Shown here: positions 9,275 through 19,562 of the stretch, in pieces
Position numbering within the stretch: position 1 is the first letter of the stretch
Layout of the letters: every line of letters starts with the position of its first letter
Source: Promethearchaeota archaeon
GTDB taxonomy: Archaea > Asgardarchaeota > Lokiarchaeia > Sigyniarchaeales > SOKP01
Length of the DNA stretch: 64,000 nucleotides
Reading direction: 5' to 3'
Assembly: GCA_048939995.1 (NCBI GenBank)
Contig: JBHLOY010000002.1
Span: forward strand, 1 to 64,000
The notes under the pieces: model-generated
What the model saw: only the letters and a program-made list of their open reading frames with translations
What the model was told of the DNA's origin: nothing
The model's database searches: none
Position numbers and translations under genes: made by a program

Positions 9275-10954
9275 CTATTTTCTTTTTTTCTCTTCTTTCT
9301 CTCGAATAACTCTCCTTAAGACTTTTCCAACAGCGCTTTTTGGTAAATTGCGTACGAATTTTATTAATCTTGGATACTTGTATGCTGCCAAATTTTCTTT
9401 TGCAAAATGGAGGATCTCATCTTCACTAACTTTGCCTTTATATTCAGGCTTAAGAATAATATAAGCGACTATTTGTTCTCCTTTCATTGGATCTGGAACA
9501 CCAAATACAGAGCATTCCATAATTGCGGGATGTTCATATAAGATTTCCTCAATTTCTCGAGGATAGACGCTATGTCCTTTATACTTTATCATATCCTTGA
9601 CTCGATCAAGGATAAAAATATATCCTTCCTCATCTAATTTAGCAAAATCACCAGTTCGGAGCCATCTAAATCCTCCAGCTTCAAAAAATACTTTTTTGTT
9701 CTCTTCTGGGCGATTAAAATAACCTACCATCACCTGAGGTCCTGAAACAACCAATTCTCCAGCTTCTCCAATAGGTAAAAAATTTAAATTTTCATCGATA
9801 ATCCCCACAAGCGTGTTTGCAACGGGATGACCACAGCTACCATACTTCTTTCTTGCCCATGGAGGAGAATTAGTCACTGTGGGGCTTGTTTCACTAAGAC
9901 CATAACCCTCTCCCATTTCAAATCCTGTTTTGTCCTTCCATGCTTTGAATACCTCCGTAGGTAATGATCCTGCTCCGACATTAGCATATTTTAGGCTAGA
10001 AAAATCAACATTTTTACTTTGAGGATAATTTAAAAGGCTTATGAACATAGTAGGCACACCAAGCATTAAATTAGGCTTTTTCTTTTCTATTATCTCTAAA
10101 ATTGTAGGAATATCAAATGTAGCTAAAATATAACCTTTAGCTCCGATTAATGGTGCTTGAGCTAATTCGCAAGTTTGCCCATAAATATGATACCAAGGTA
10201 AAACTGAAAGATTAATAAAATTGCTCTTAATATATTCATTTTTCATGTAATCAGAGATTTGTTTCATTTGTAACATATTTGCTATAATATTGTAATGAGA
10301 TAAACATGCCCCTTTTGGAAGTCCAGTAGTACCACCTGTATATTGAATAACTGCGATATCTTTTTTGGGATTTATATTAACTTTCAATTCTGAATCTGTT
10401 AAAGGGGAAACGTTTTGTTCCATGATAGTATTAAAATGGATAACTTTATCTGTTTCCGGAATATCTGGAATTTTACCTTCAACATTCATAACAATTACCT
10501 TTTTTAAGTCTAGTTCTGTATGAACACGTTCATACTGACTATAGAATCTATCTATTAAAATCAAGAATTTTGCTCCAGAATCCTTAATTTGATACAGTAT
10601 CTCTCGAGCCACGAATAATGGACTTAAGGCGGTTAAAGTTGCTCCAAGACTTAAAGCTGCAAAATATGCAAAGCTGAAGTGTGGACAATTAGGTGACCAA
10701 ATAGCTACAACATCACCCTTTTTAACACCCAAATTATGTAATCCTCTGGCAAATCTCCGTGTTAAAATATTCATTTCATTAAATGTAAATTCTCTCCCAT
10801 AGTAATCCATACAAATCTGGTTGCCATATTCTTGAGCACCATTTTTAAATATATCAACTAAAGAAATATCTTCAGGAATATCAATTTCTACAGTCATTCC
10901 TGCTGGTAAAAAATCTTTCCAGTAACGATCTTTGATGTAATCAGGAAGTTGCAT
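9275..10954 (-). CDS. Long-chain fatty acid-CoA ligase
   Basis: YTGGTTGLPKG, GYGLSETSP, RTGD, LPKSAVGK AMP-binding motifs. Confidence 0.9.
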   Translation of the reverse strand: MQLPDYIKDRYWKDFLPAGMTVEIDIPEDISLVDIFKNGAQEYGNQICMDYYGREFTFNEMNILTRRFARGLHNLGVKKGDVVAIWSPNCPHFSFAYFAALSLGATLTALSPLFVAREILYQIKDSGAKFLILIDRFYSQYERVHTELDLKKVIVMNVEGKIPDIPETDKVIHFNTIMEQNVSPLTDSELKVNINPKKDIAVIQYTGGTTGLPKGACLSHYNIIANMLQMKQISDYMKNEYIKSNFINLSVLPWYHIYGQTCELAQAPLIGAKGYILATFDIPTILEIIEKKKPNLMLGVPTMFISLLNYPQSKNVDFSSLKYANVGAGSLPTEVFKAWKDKTGFEMGEGYGLSETSPTVTNSPPWARKKYGSCGHPVANTLVGIIDENLNFLPIGEAGELVVSGPQVMVGYFNRPEENKKVFFEAGGFRWLRTGDFAKLDEEGYIFILDRVKDMIKYKGHSVYPREIEEILYEHPAIMECSVFGVPDPMKGEQIVAYIILKPEYKGKVSEDEILHFAKENLAAYKYPRLIKFVRNLPKSAVGKVLRRVIREKEEKKRK

Positions 10955-11151
10955 ATTATCACTTTATTTTTTATAACTATTTGAGATATCAAAAAATATA
11001 AAGCTTAATGTTTTTTGGAATAATATCTTGTAAGATTGTAAAGCTTCTTGAGACAATAAAAAAAACTTTAATATCGTCTTTTAATTATTAAAAAATATTG
11101 ATTTATCATTCCTTTATATTTAAGTGAAAATGTCCCTTTAATTATTTTTAG

Positions 11152-12777
11152 TTGGTTAAAATTATGAAGCCTATGCATGAATTGGGAGTTCCCGTACCGA
11201 CAAAACGCTCATTAATTATTAGGAATATTAAACAAGTCACTAAAGAACAACGAGAACGTGCTCTTAGAGAAACTGAATATAGTATGTTTTCCTTTCCTGC
11301 TGATATGCTTATTTTAGATTTTCTTTCTGATAGTGGAACATCTACAATGACTGACTTACAATGGTCTTCTCTATTTCACGGTGATGAGGCTTATGGGCGT
11401 AATAAAGGATATTATGTCCTTCTTGATGCCATAAGAGATGTTTTTGAAAGAGGAGATAGACCCAAAAAAGTTTTGAATTTGATACTCTCAGGAGAGCAAA
11501 ATATTGAAATATTGATGAAAGAATTATATCTAACATCATTTGAAGGAGGATTTGTAAATGGTGGTAAATTCCAACTAATAAGACCAAATAGCTTTCTTGT
11601 GCCGCAAGGAAGATGTGCTGAACATTTACTCTTTTCAACGATTGCTCCTATCCTCAGAGAAATTGCTCCTAATAATACTTTTTATATTCCTAATAACGGA
11701 CATTTTGATACTACAGAAGCAAATATTGCTGCTAATGATATAATCCCTATAAATATATTCTCTGTCAATTTATTTGATCCTTTCCCTCTTGAACAACTTG
11801 ATGTTAAAAATCCATTTAAAGGTAATATGGAAATAAAAGAACTAGAGGAATTTATTAATCAAAAAGGTTCCGAGAGTGTTCCACTTATTTATTTAACAAT
11901 TACTAATAACACTGCTGCTGGCCAGCCAGTTGCTATGAAAAATATTGAACAGATTCATAATATAGCACAAAAATATGAAATCCCTCTTTTCTTTGATGCT
12001 TGTAGATTTGCAGAAAATGCATTTTTTATTAAAAAGTATGAAGAAGGTTATAATAAGCGTTCAATTCCTAAAATTATTCAAGAGATGTTCTCGTATGCAG
12101 ATGGTTTTACGATTAGTTTTAAAAAAGATGGATTAGCAAATATTGGAGGAGGTCTTTTTTTTAGGGATAATGGTATTTTTCATAAAAAATATTCTAATAA
12201 AGAAGATATTGGAACAAAATTAAAGGAAAAACAAATCCTAACATTTGGAAACGATTCTTATGGAGGTTTAAGTGGTCGAGATATTATGTCTATAGCCACG
12301 GGCTTATATGAGGTAACAAATGAAATATATCTCAAGGGCCGAATTACTCAAATTCAATACTTTGCAAAAAATCTAGCAGAAAATGGAGTACCAGTTGTTC
12401 TCCCTCCTGGAGGTCATGCTGTTTATCTGAATATGGATAAATTTTTTGAGGGGACTGATATGAGAATAGATGATTTTGGAGGCGTTGGATTTACAATTGA
12501 ATTAGTTAAGCATTACGGGATTAGAGCATGTGAGTTAGGTCCATTTGCTTTCGAATGGGATAATAAAACCGTCGAGCAAAGAAAAGGGATCTTAAATTTA
12601 GTAAGGTTTGCTATTCCAAGAAATATGTATAATAAATCTCATATAGATTATGCAACAGCCGCTATTACGGAGTTATATAGAAATAGAGAAAGAATTCCTA
12701 AGGTAAAAATATCTCGTGGTTCAGATTTAAAGCTGAGACATTTTCAATCGGGACTTCAACCAATTTATGAGAAATAA
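11152..12777 (+). CDS. tnaA: Tryptophanase / tyrosine phenol-lyase family (PLP beta-eliminating lyase)
   Basis: DFLSDSGT, GDEAY, QGRCAE, HFDTT, SFKKDGLANIGG (PLP lysine), RFAIPR. Confidence 0.8.
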   Translation: MVKIMKPMHELGVPVPTKRSLIIRNIKQVTKEQRERALRETEYSMFSFPADMLILDFLSDSGTSTMTDLQWSSLFHGDEAYGRNKGYYVLLDAIRDVFERGDRPKKVLNLILSGEQNIEILMKELYLTSFEGGFVNGGKFQLIRPNSFLVPQGRCAEHLLFSTIAPILREIAPNNTFYIPNNGHFDTTEANIAANDIIPINIFSVNLFDPFPLEQLDVKNPFKGNMEIKELEEFINQKGSESVPLIYLTITNNTAAGQPVAMKNIEQIHNIAQKYEIPLFFDACRFAENAFFIKKYEEGYNKRSIPKIIQEMFSYADGFTISFKKDGLANIGGGLFFRDNGIFHKKYSNKEDIGTKLKEKQILTFGNDSYGGLSGRDIMSIATGLYEVTNEIYLKGRITQIQYFAKNLAENGVPVVLPPGGHAVYLNMDKFFEGTDMRIDDFGGVGFTIELVKHYGIRACELGPFAFEWDNKTVEQRKGILNLVRFAIPRNMYNKSHIDYATAAITELYRNRERIPKVKISRGSDLKLRHFQSGLQPIYEK

Positions 12778-12881
12778 AAATAGAAGTTATGGTCCCAAAA
12801 TACTTAAATCAAATTCGAAGTAAAGGTAAAGGGAAAACTAAGTGGTTAGATTGATATTAATACATAGAATTTCTAAAAGAA

Positions 12882-13202
12882 CTACAAATCTAACGTTCTT
12901 AATTTATTTGACATATTTTTTCTTCGAAGAATTTTAATAAAATCATTTTCCTTCTGCTTCAATCGACTAAGAAAGGTGTCTAATTTGTCAAAATTGTTAA
13001 ACCAATGCTCTTCACCATTAACAATTATCTTTACACCTTTTCTATCATTAATGTTTATAATTGCATATATACCTCCAATTTCCGAATCGTGTTTTATAAA
13101 AATCTTCTCTCCACTTGAGTCATCTCTTTTTTCGTTTCCCTTTTTTGCCCAAAATTGATTTTTCAACAAATAGCTCCTATACATACTCATTAAATCACAC
13201 AC
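12882..13202 (-). CDS. Hypothetical protein
   Basis: 106-aa ORF downstream of a structured intergenic element. Confidence 0.45.
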   Translation of the reverse strand: MCDLMSMYRSYLLKNQFWAKKGNEKRDDSSGEKIFIKHDSEIGGIYAIININDRKGVKIIVNGEEHWFNNFDKLDTFLSRLKQKENDFIKILRRKNMSNKLRTLDL

Positions 13203-13227
13203 ACAACTTTATTTTTTTATATTGTCT

Positions 13228-13379
13228 GGGAGTCATCAGAATATCTCAGATAATGACCCCTCGAGTAGTATCTGAGTAATATAAGATAGAGTTCAATTAT
13301 AGAATGGTGTGTTATCGAGAATATATCCACATATTATGTAAACTTTAATTCGCATCTTCCTTTATTACTCAGATACCTC
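13228..13379. repeat. Long inverted repeat / structured intergenic element
   Basis: GTATCTGAGTAATA (13268-13281) is the exact reverse complement of TATTACTCAGATAC (13363-13376); smaller hairpin GGGAGTCAT/ATGACCCC at 13228-13260. Confidence 0.7.
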
Positions 13380-13586
13380 ATAAACAAGAAAACTGAAAAT
13401 TCATATTTAAATCACAAAGTAAAATTTGTGAGAGTTCCCACTAAAAATCATTTACTTGGGGTTATCATCAAAAATTTTCTATTGGAAGTTTGTGTTATAG
13501 CAACGTTATTTGGACAAAAAAAGGTATTTTAAAAACATATAATGATTACCATTTTTTGACCTTAATAAGAGGAGGTATACAGATTA

Positions 13587-13874
13587 ATGATTAGTGAACT
13601 GGACTTTTATCTCTCTCTTTATGATAATTTTCTAAAGACAATTGGAATTGATAAAAAAAAAATTCTGTGGAAATCAAATTCAATAGTAAAATTAATGGAG
13701 CTCGTTGATAAAACTAATAATAATCAATTTTGCGAAAATGGTTTAAGATTGATTATGACTCTTTTTAAGGATTACCAGTTTGACTCTTGTGATATTGAAA
13801 GTTCAGACTTTAATTTATGTTCAAATTTAGAACGAGAGAGTATAATGCCAATTTTAATTAAGGAATTTAAGTAA
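13587..13874 (+). CDS. Hypothetical protein
   Basis: Strong SD (GAGGAGGT) upstream; short ORF converging on the PUA gene. Confidence 0.6.
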   Translation: MISELDFYLSLYDNFLKTIGIDKKKILWKSNSIVKLMELVDKTNNNQFCENGLRLIMTLFKDYQFDSCDIESSDFNLCSNLERESIMPILIKEFK

Positions 13875-14382
13875 ATTCCTTTTCAAATTCCCATACTGCA
13901 TCTTGAATAGTATGGAGATTTTTTACTACTTTGCCTGAATTCATAGATTTCATATCCTCTGCATTAAATAATGCTTTTCCAACTGCTATGGCGCGATTAT
14001 GAGTTTCATCGACAATTTGTACAATATCATTCTTTTCTATTGATGGATCAATTTGAGTTATACCTGGTCGCATAATGTCTGCTCCATTTGCTACATAACG
14101 AATTGCTCCCATGTCTACTACTATAGTCTTAATATTTACTTTATGATTGAGTAAAAAGGTTAACACAGGAATGAAGCCATCAGCATCTGTTTTCCAAATC
14201 TTCAACTCTTTGTCGATTGCATACAATATATCTCCTTTCTCGGTTTGAATAAGCTCGATCTTAGCTTTCTTTGGAAATAATTGATTTAAAAATATTTCAT
14301 CATATTGTTTTAAAAAATCTTCTTTTAAGGTTTTTACTTCTGATTTCTGAATATAATGCCTATGTTTAATCTGCATATGCAT
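13867..14382 (-). CDS. PUA-domain RNA-binding protein (DUF1947, MCT-1-like)
   Basis: VVDMGAIRYVANGADIMRPGI, GKVVKNLHTIQD. Confidence 0.9.
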   Translation of the reverse strand: MHMQIKHRHYIQKSEVKTLKEDFLKQYDEIFLNQLFPKKAKIELIQTEKGDILYAIDKELKIWKTDADGFIPVLTFLLNHKVNIKTIVVDMGAIRYVANGADIMRPGITQIDPSIEKNDIVQIVDETHNRAIAVGKALFNAEDMKSMNSGKVVKNLHTIQDAVWEFEKEFT

Positions 14383-14512
14383 TAACTAAATAATTAGTAT
14401 TCTATTAAAACCTTATATATGTTTTTTAAAACATGAGATATGAGTAAATAAATATTAGGTCATCATTCTTAAAAATATTAAAGTGTTAATTCAAAAATTA
14501 TATTGAGTAATT

Positions 14513-15085
14513 ATGAAGATAGGAAAATTTGAGACTGAGTTGTCATCATATTTATGGGTTTTACCATTTATAGGTGGTTTGATAGCTATAATATCTCTTA
14601 TTACTCCTGCAGGATATATAGTAGAAAGTGAAGGCAATTCCTTTAAATTTTGGATTTGGGGAATGTGGGTCAGTAAATTAGATCGTGGTGTTGTTGCTAT
14701 ATCAAATAATATTTTTTTAGAGGGTACATATTTAATATCAGGGATTATAAGCTCTTTTATAATATTGACTACCAGTTTAATTGTAATGATGGACGCTCTT
14801 AGAATGCGAAGGAAAAAAAACTCTATCGAAAATAAAAAAAATCTTTGGACCTGGTGTGGAATACTAATACTGATAGCTACGATATTATGGATGATTGAAA
14901 TATCATTTGTATCTTACTATGATATTATGGTTGAATTCGGAGCCTGGGAGAACTACTCCTCGCCACCAACGGCTGATGACTTTTCGACTCCGTTTTGGTT
15001 TTATTTTGAAATGGACTTTGGAGTAATAGGACCATTGATTAATGGTAGCTTATTAATTTTTACGCGTATCTTAATTAAACGGTAA
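14513..15085 (+). CDS. Multi-pass membrane protein (about 4 TM)
   Basis: Four hydrophobic segments, WIWG motif. Confidence 0.65.
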   Translation: MKIGKFETELSSYLWVLPFIGGLIAIISLITPAGYIVESEGNSFKFWIWGMWVSKLDRGVVAISNNIFLEGTYLISGIISSFIILTTSLIVMMDALRMRRKKNSIENKKNLWTWCGILILIATILWMIEISFVSYYDIMVEFGAWENYSSPPTADDFSTPFWFYFEMDFGVIGPLINGSLLIFTRILIKR

Positions 15086-15110
15086 ATTTTCATAAAATAA
15101 GAATAGGCGT

Positions 15111-15650
15111 ATGGATAAAGTGTATACAACTGCAATCGTTATTATTCCACCTAAAGAAATTTGGGAGCCAATCCAAAAAATTAGAAGACAATACGACTGC
15201 CAGATAAAAAGATGGATGCCTCATATTAATTTAATCTATCCTTTTCGACCCATCTATGATTTTGATAATTTGGAACCACAATTTAATGTTATTTGTCAGC
15301 AAATACCACCATTTGAGATTAGTTTGAAATCATTTAATTATTTTACCCATGGGCATCAAAATTTCACAATATGGTTGAGACCAGACCCTATGGCACCTAT
15401 TATCAAACTTCAGGAAAGAATCTTAAAACTCGTACCGGATTGTAATGATTTAAACCTGTATAGAAACGGTTTTACTCCACATTTAAGTATTGGTCAAATT
15501 AAAGGAAAAAAAGTCTTAATAGAAACTATAAACAATCTTGAAAGTAATTGGATACCGCAGAATTTTCTTTTAGATAGAATTTTTTTTATAGCGCGAGAAG
15601 ATAGAAAAAATTCTACCTTCCAAGAAAAAAAAATTATAAAATTTTCCTAA
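15111..15650 (+). CDS. 2H phosphoesterase (2'-5' RNA ligase family)
   Basis: Two PH-x-[NST] motifs: PHINL and PHLSI. Confidence 0.8.
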   Translation: MDKVYTTAIVIIPPKEIWEPIQKIRRQYDCQIKRWMPHINLIYPFRPIYDFDNLEPQFNVICQQIPPFEISLKSFNYFTHGHQNFTIWLRPDPMAPIIKLQERILKLVPDCNDLNLYRNGFTPHLSIGQIKGKKVLIETINNLESNWIPQNFLLDRIFFIAREDRKNSTFQEKKIIKFS

Positions 15651-15766
15651 TTAAGTGTAAAAAAACGAACTCTCCCTATTCAAATTAAGAAGAATCATCA
15701 AAATTTTTAAATTTAAACTCCATATTTAATATAATTATTATAAATAAATCGTAAAAAAATTGAACC

Positions 15767-16327
15767 ATGAACAATAGTGATATTGTATTTCAAGGGAGAA
15801 CTGAATCGATATACAAAGTCATAGTTATAGGGGATCCAGCTGTGGGAAAGACAAGCCTTCTAACCAAATTTGTAACTAGACAGTTTGAGGAAAGATATTT
15901 AGCCACTGTTGGAGTGAATATCGTCAAAGAACCTATCAACTTAGATGTTTTAGATGCCACGGTAAATTTAATGTTCTGGGATGTAGCTGGACAACCCCAA
16001 TTTTATATGCTCCATCGTCCTTATTTTAATGGTGCAGATGGAATGATACTAGTGTTTGATATAACGCGCTCGAGTACGTTTAGCAATATTAATAATTGGT
16101 ATTCAACCGCTGTGAAATTCGGACTTAGTGGAATTCCTCGTATTTTAATTGGTAATAAAATGGATTTAGTGGATGATCGAAAAATCATATTACCCATGGC
16201 TGAACACCTTTCTGAAAAATTAAATGCTCCATATTTTGAAACTTCTGCATTAACAGGGGCAAATGTAAAAGAAATATTTCATAAAATAGCAGAATTAGTC
16301 TATAAGAATAAAAAAGATTTAAAATAG
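15767..16327 (+). CDS. Rab-like small GTPase
   Basis: GDPAVGKT, WDVAGQ, GNKMD, ETSA. Confidence 0.9.
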   Translation: MNNSDIVFQGRTESIYKVIVIGDPAVGKTSLLTKFVTRQFEERYLATVGVNIVKEPINLDVLDATVNLMFWDVAGQPQFYMLHRPYFNGADGMILVFDITRSSTFSNINNWYSTAVKFGLSGIPRILIGNKMDLVDDRKIILPMAEHLSEKLNAPYFETSALTGANVKEIFHKIAELVYKNKKDLK

Positions 16328-16491
16328 TACTTTTTATTTACCCTTTTCTTTAAAACAAAAATTATTCTGTCTAAAATATCGTTATTTTTGACAAAAACTA
16401 TAGGATTTGTTTAAGAATTAGATTTAGAAACATTTATTAACATTAAAGAATAAGGATTATTAAAAAGAGTTTGTAGAGGTAAAAATTTCCC

Positions 16492-17754
16492 ATGGAACGA
16501 GAACAGATATTCTGGAAGTTCTTGGGTAGAAAGATGCTCAGTTATAAAAGGCTGGCTAGTGGTGAAGTAATTGGTACTGGAATTCTAAATCCTTTTTTTG
16601 ATAAAGTCGGTTTCATCCTCATGATTATGCTACAAGCTAATTTTTATAAAAATACTGTTGTTGGTAAATGGAAGGGCAAGACTGTTTCAAATACTTTTGC
16701 GCCCCCTATCGGGAGTCGCCCTCAATTTCGTGCTTTACTGGGAATCTTGAAAGATTATTTATTGGACCATTCTTGGCCGATAGCTATGACATTTGCGGTT
16801 ACTTATCGATGTCAATGTAATTGTGTGCATTGTAGCGCGGGTAAGCATTTAAAAGAAGATCAAAAAGAACTTAGTACAGAAGAGGCAAAAAAACTTATTG
16901 ACGATGCACAGAAACTAGGGGTGACAATAATTGCCTTCACAGGAGGAGAACCGTTGCTTCGAGAGGACCTTTTTGAATTAATCTCCCATGTAAATCAAAA
17001 AAAAGCAATGCCTGTTATGTTTACTAATGGACAATATCTTACAGAAGAAAATGTAGAAAAGCTAGCTAAAGCTGGCTTATATTCACTTTTTGTTAGCATT
17101 GATAGCCCAATTCCAGAGGAACATGACAATTTGAGAAAAATGCCCGGTATTTTTAATACAGCGATAGAGGGATTGAAAAAGGCAAAGGAAAAAGGGATCT
17201 TTGTTGGACTCTCTTCTTATGCAATTCGTTCCCATACTGAAAGGGGCATGTATAAACAATTGCATGAACTAGGAAAGAAAGTTGGTGCTCAGAATATAAT
17301 AATGTTTGATGGTGTACCTACTGGTAAAATGTTAAAAGATACAAGTGAAGTCCTTACTCCAGAACAGCGAGAAGAAATCCATCAGTATTCTGCTAAAGAA
17401 TTTCGAAAAGGAACAGTTCCTCCACTTTCATCGCAATCTTGGCAAAATTCATTGGAAGCTTATTTGGCAGGAATAGGGTGTTTAGCTGGAAATATTCAAT
17501 TCTATGCTTCAGCTTATGGTGATATCTCTCCTTGTGACTTTACGCCACTTTCCTTTGGTAATATTCGTGAACATTCTTTAAAAAGAATTTGGATGAAAAT
17601 GGTTCGTCATCCTGCCTATGATCATAAAAATTCAGTTTGTCGGATGCAACACGAAGTTTTTCGTCATTTTTATATTGATCCTATTCCAGATGATGCATTA
17701 CTCCCATATCCAATTGATAAGTTACCTCGTATCGATTACAGAAAATACTGTTAA
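16492..17754 (+). CDS. Radical SAM protein (SPASM/twitch-like C-terminus)
   Basis: CQCNCVHC, FTGGEP, CLAG...SPCDF. Confidence 0.88.
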   Translation: MEREQIFWKFLGRKMLSYKRLASGEVIGTGILNPFFDKVGFILMIMLQANFYKNTVVGKWKGKTVSNTFAPPIGSRPQFRALLGILKDYLLDHSWPIAMTFAVTYRCQCNCVHCSAGKHLKEDQKELSTEEAKKLIDDAQKLGVTIIAFTGGEPLLREDLFELISHVNQKKAMPVMFTNGQYLTEENVEKLAKAGLYSLFVSIDSPIPEEHDNLRKMPGIFNTAIEGLKKAKEKGIFVGLSSYAIRSHTERGMYKQLHELGKKVGAQNIIMFDGVPTGKMLKDTSEVLTPEQREEIHQYSAKEFRKGTVPPLSSQSWQNSLEAYLAGIGCLAGNIQFYASAYGDISPCDFTPLSFGNIREHSLKRIWMKMVRHPAYDHKNSVCRMQHEVFRHFYIDPIPDDALLPYPIDKLPRIDYRKYC

Positions 17755-17776
17755 TACTTGTTTTAATGATCAAATT

Positions 17777-18430
17777 TTAAATTACCTTCTTGTCTTTAAA
17801 CATAAGCTTGTTAATCCAGAAGATTATTTTTTCTTGAAGATACTCTTTTAGAGGTTTAGAGGATGATTTATTCTTATCATAAAGTTCAGAAAGTCCTTTT
17901 GATGAACTTAATCGATTAATTATCTGTGAAATCTCATACAGAATTCGATGGCCTCCAGTAAATTCGAATATATCTTCTTTAATTTGTTCTAAGCTAGTTA
18001 TAACAATTTGGGGGTCTTCTAAGGTTTCTAAATCACCATTTAAATCTGTTAATTTTGTAATTATAAGTTCTTTTTTATTGGATGCCGTCTTATCCCTGTC
18101 AATTTCGTTCTTCAAAATTTCCGTCTTATGGCCATTAACTTGAAGGTTGATGATTAATGACTTTACTAAATCTAACTCACGTTCTAACATTTTTTGACTT
18201 TCAATTACGTTGTTTAATTGAGGAATCAAACTTTTTATATCTAAAGTGACTTTATGTAATTCAGTTACTTTATCAGTTAACATATTTATTTTTAGGTTTG
18301 TTTGACCTAATTTAGTTATAATATCTAATCCAAACTTTTCTAAGATAGATGAAAAAGTCAGCATTCTTTCATTTAGTTCTTTCATTTTCTGAGAAATGTT
18401 TTTTTCATCAATTTCATTGGTGTTTGTCAT
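17777..18430 (-). CDS. Hypothetical coiled-coil protein
   Basis: 217-aa helical ORF. Confidence 0.6.
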   Translation of the reverse strand: MTNTNEIDEKNISQKMKELNERMLTFSSILEKFGLDIITKLGQTNLKINMLTDKVTELHKVTLDIKSLIPQLNNVIESQKMLERELDLVKSLIINLQVNGHKTEILKNEIDRDKTASNKKELIITKLTDLNGDLETLEDPQIVITSLEQIKEDIFEFTGGHRILYEISQIINRLSSSKGLSELYDKNKSSSKPLKEYLQEKIIFWINKLMFKDKKVI

Positions 18431-18549
18431 ATTAACTGATTATAAAATTATTTTAGATCTAATAAAAAGATCAATTTTTATTTTAAATATTTATTACTTT
18501 ATTTAGCACTTAAATATTGTTTTATCTTCGTGTCAAAAATTAAGTTGAT

Positions 18550-19452
18550 GTGGTAAAAATAATACAATACGTGAATCTTTTTACAAGAGACGGAAAATCA
18601 CTGTTATTTAGGAATTATGGTAATGTTGATGTTGATAGAGATTTATTAGCTGGATTCCTAAGTGCCTTCTCGGGATTTATGAAAGAAATCAGTCAAAGTG
18701 AAATTAGATCATTCGCAACAAATGAATTCAAATATTATTATACTATTATAGATGAAATTATTATTGTAGTTTGCACTGATTTAGAAGAAGATGATGCCAC
18801 AATTAATTCCAAGATCACAATTATAAGAAAGAAATTTGAAGAAAAATACGGAAAAATTTTTTCTGATGGCAATTGGTCCGGAAACCGCGCAATATTTAGA
18901 GAATTCGAAAGGGAAATAGATAACACTATTCTAGGAGAAATTAAGGTTTCTATAATAGGAATTGGAGGCGTTGGGAAAACAACGCTATTACATTTGATAT
19001 GTGGTAAAGATATAGACTTAGAATATATTCCTACTATAAATGTAGATATTACTTCTTACGATGGTTTTGATGATATACCTCGTTCTATTGTATTTTGGGA
19101 TTTCGCTGGTCAAAAAAATTACAGATCTCTATGGAAGAGCTTATTAGACAGTACAGAAATAGCCTTATTAGTTTTAGATTCTACCTTTGAAAACGTTAAT
19201 CATAGTAAAAAGATAATAAAGGATATTTTGGATGAATACTACAAAGATACATTAGTAATTGGAATAGCAAACAAACAAGATTTACCAAATCGATTAACTC
19301 CTGAATTCTGCGAAAATTGGTTATCAAAAGCAGATCGTCATCCTTCTATAAAGGTTCATGGAATGATTGCTATAAATCCCGTTTATCGGGAAAAGATTCA
19401 TGCTATATTGAGAGAAGCAATAAGAAAAATCTACCCTAAAAATAAACGTTAA
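18550..19452 (+). CDS. Longin-like domain fused to Arf/Rab-like small GTPase
   Basis: N-terminal DLLAGFLSAF longin-like signature; GIGGVGKT, WDFAGQ, ANKQD. Confidence 0.85.
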   Translation: MVKIIQYVNLFTRDGKSLLFRNYGNVDVDRDLLAGFLSAFSGFMKEISQSEIRSFATNEFKYYYTIIDEIIIVVCTDLEEDDATINSKITIIRKKFEEKYGKIFSDGNWSGNRAIFREFEREIDNTILGEIKVSIIGIGGVGKTTLLHLICGKDIDLEYIPTINVDITSYDGFDDIPRSIVFWDFAGQKNYRSLWKSLLDSTEIALLVLDSTFENVNHSKKIIKDILDEYYKDTLVIGIANKQDLPNRLTPEFCENWLSKADRHPSIKVHGMIAINPVYREKIHAILREAIRKIYPKNKR

Positions 19453-19562
19453 ATAGATTTTCTACTCCAATTTTAATCCTTTATCCTTTTTCGAGAAATA
19501 CATAAGAAATTTATAATTGTAAACATTTTTCGATATTAATCTGTTATTTAGAAGGTTATGAA

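Noticed and set aside
15111-15650. 2H phosphoesterase as the ligase of the intron system
   Set aside because: RtcB is the established archaeal splicing ligase, and nothing links this gene to the introns except being in the same window.
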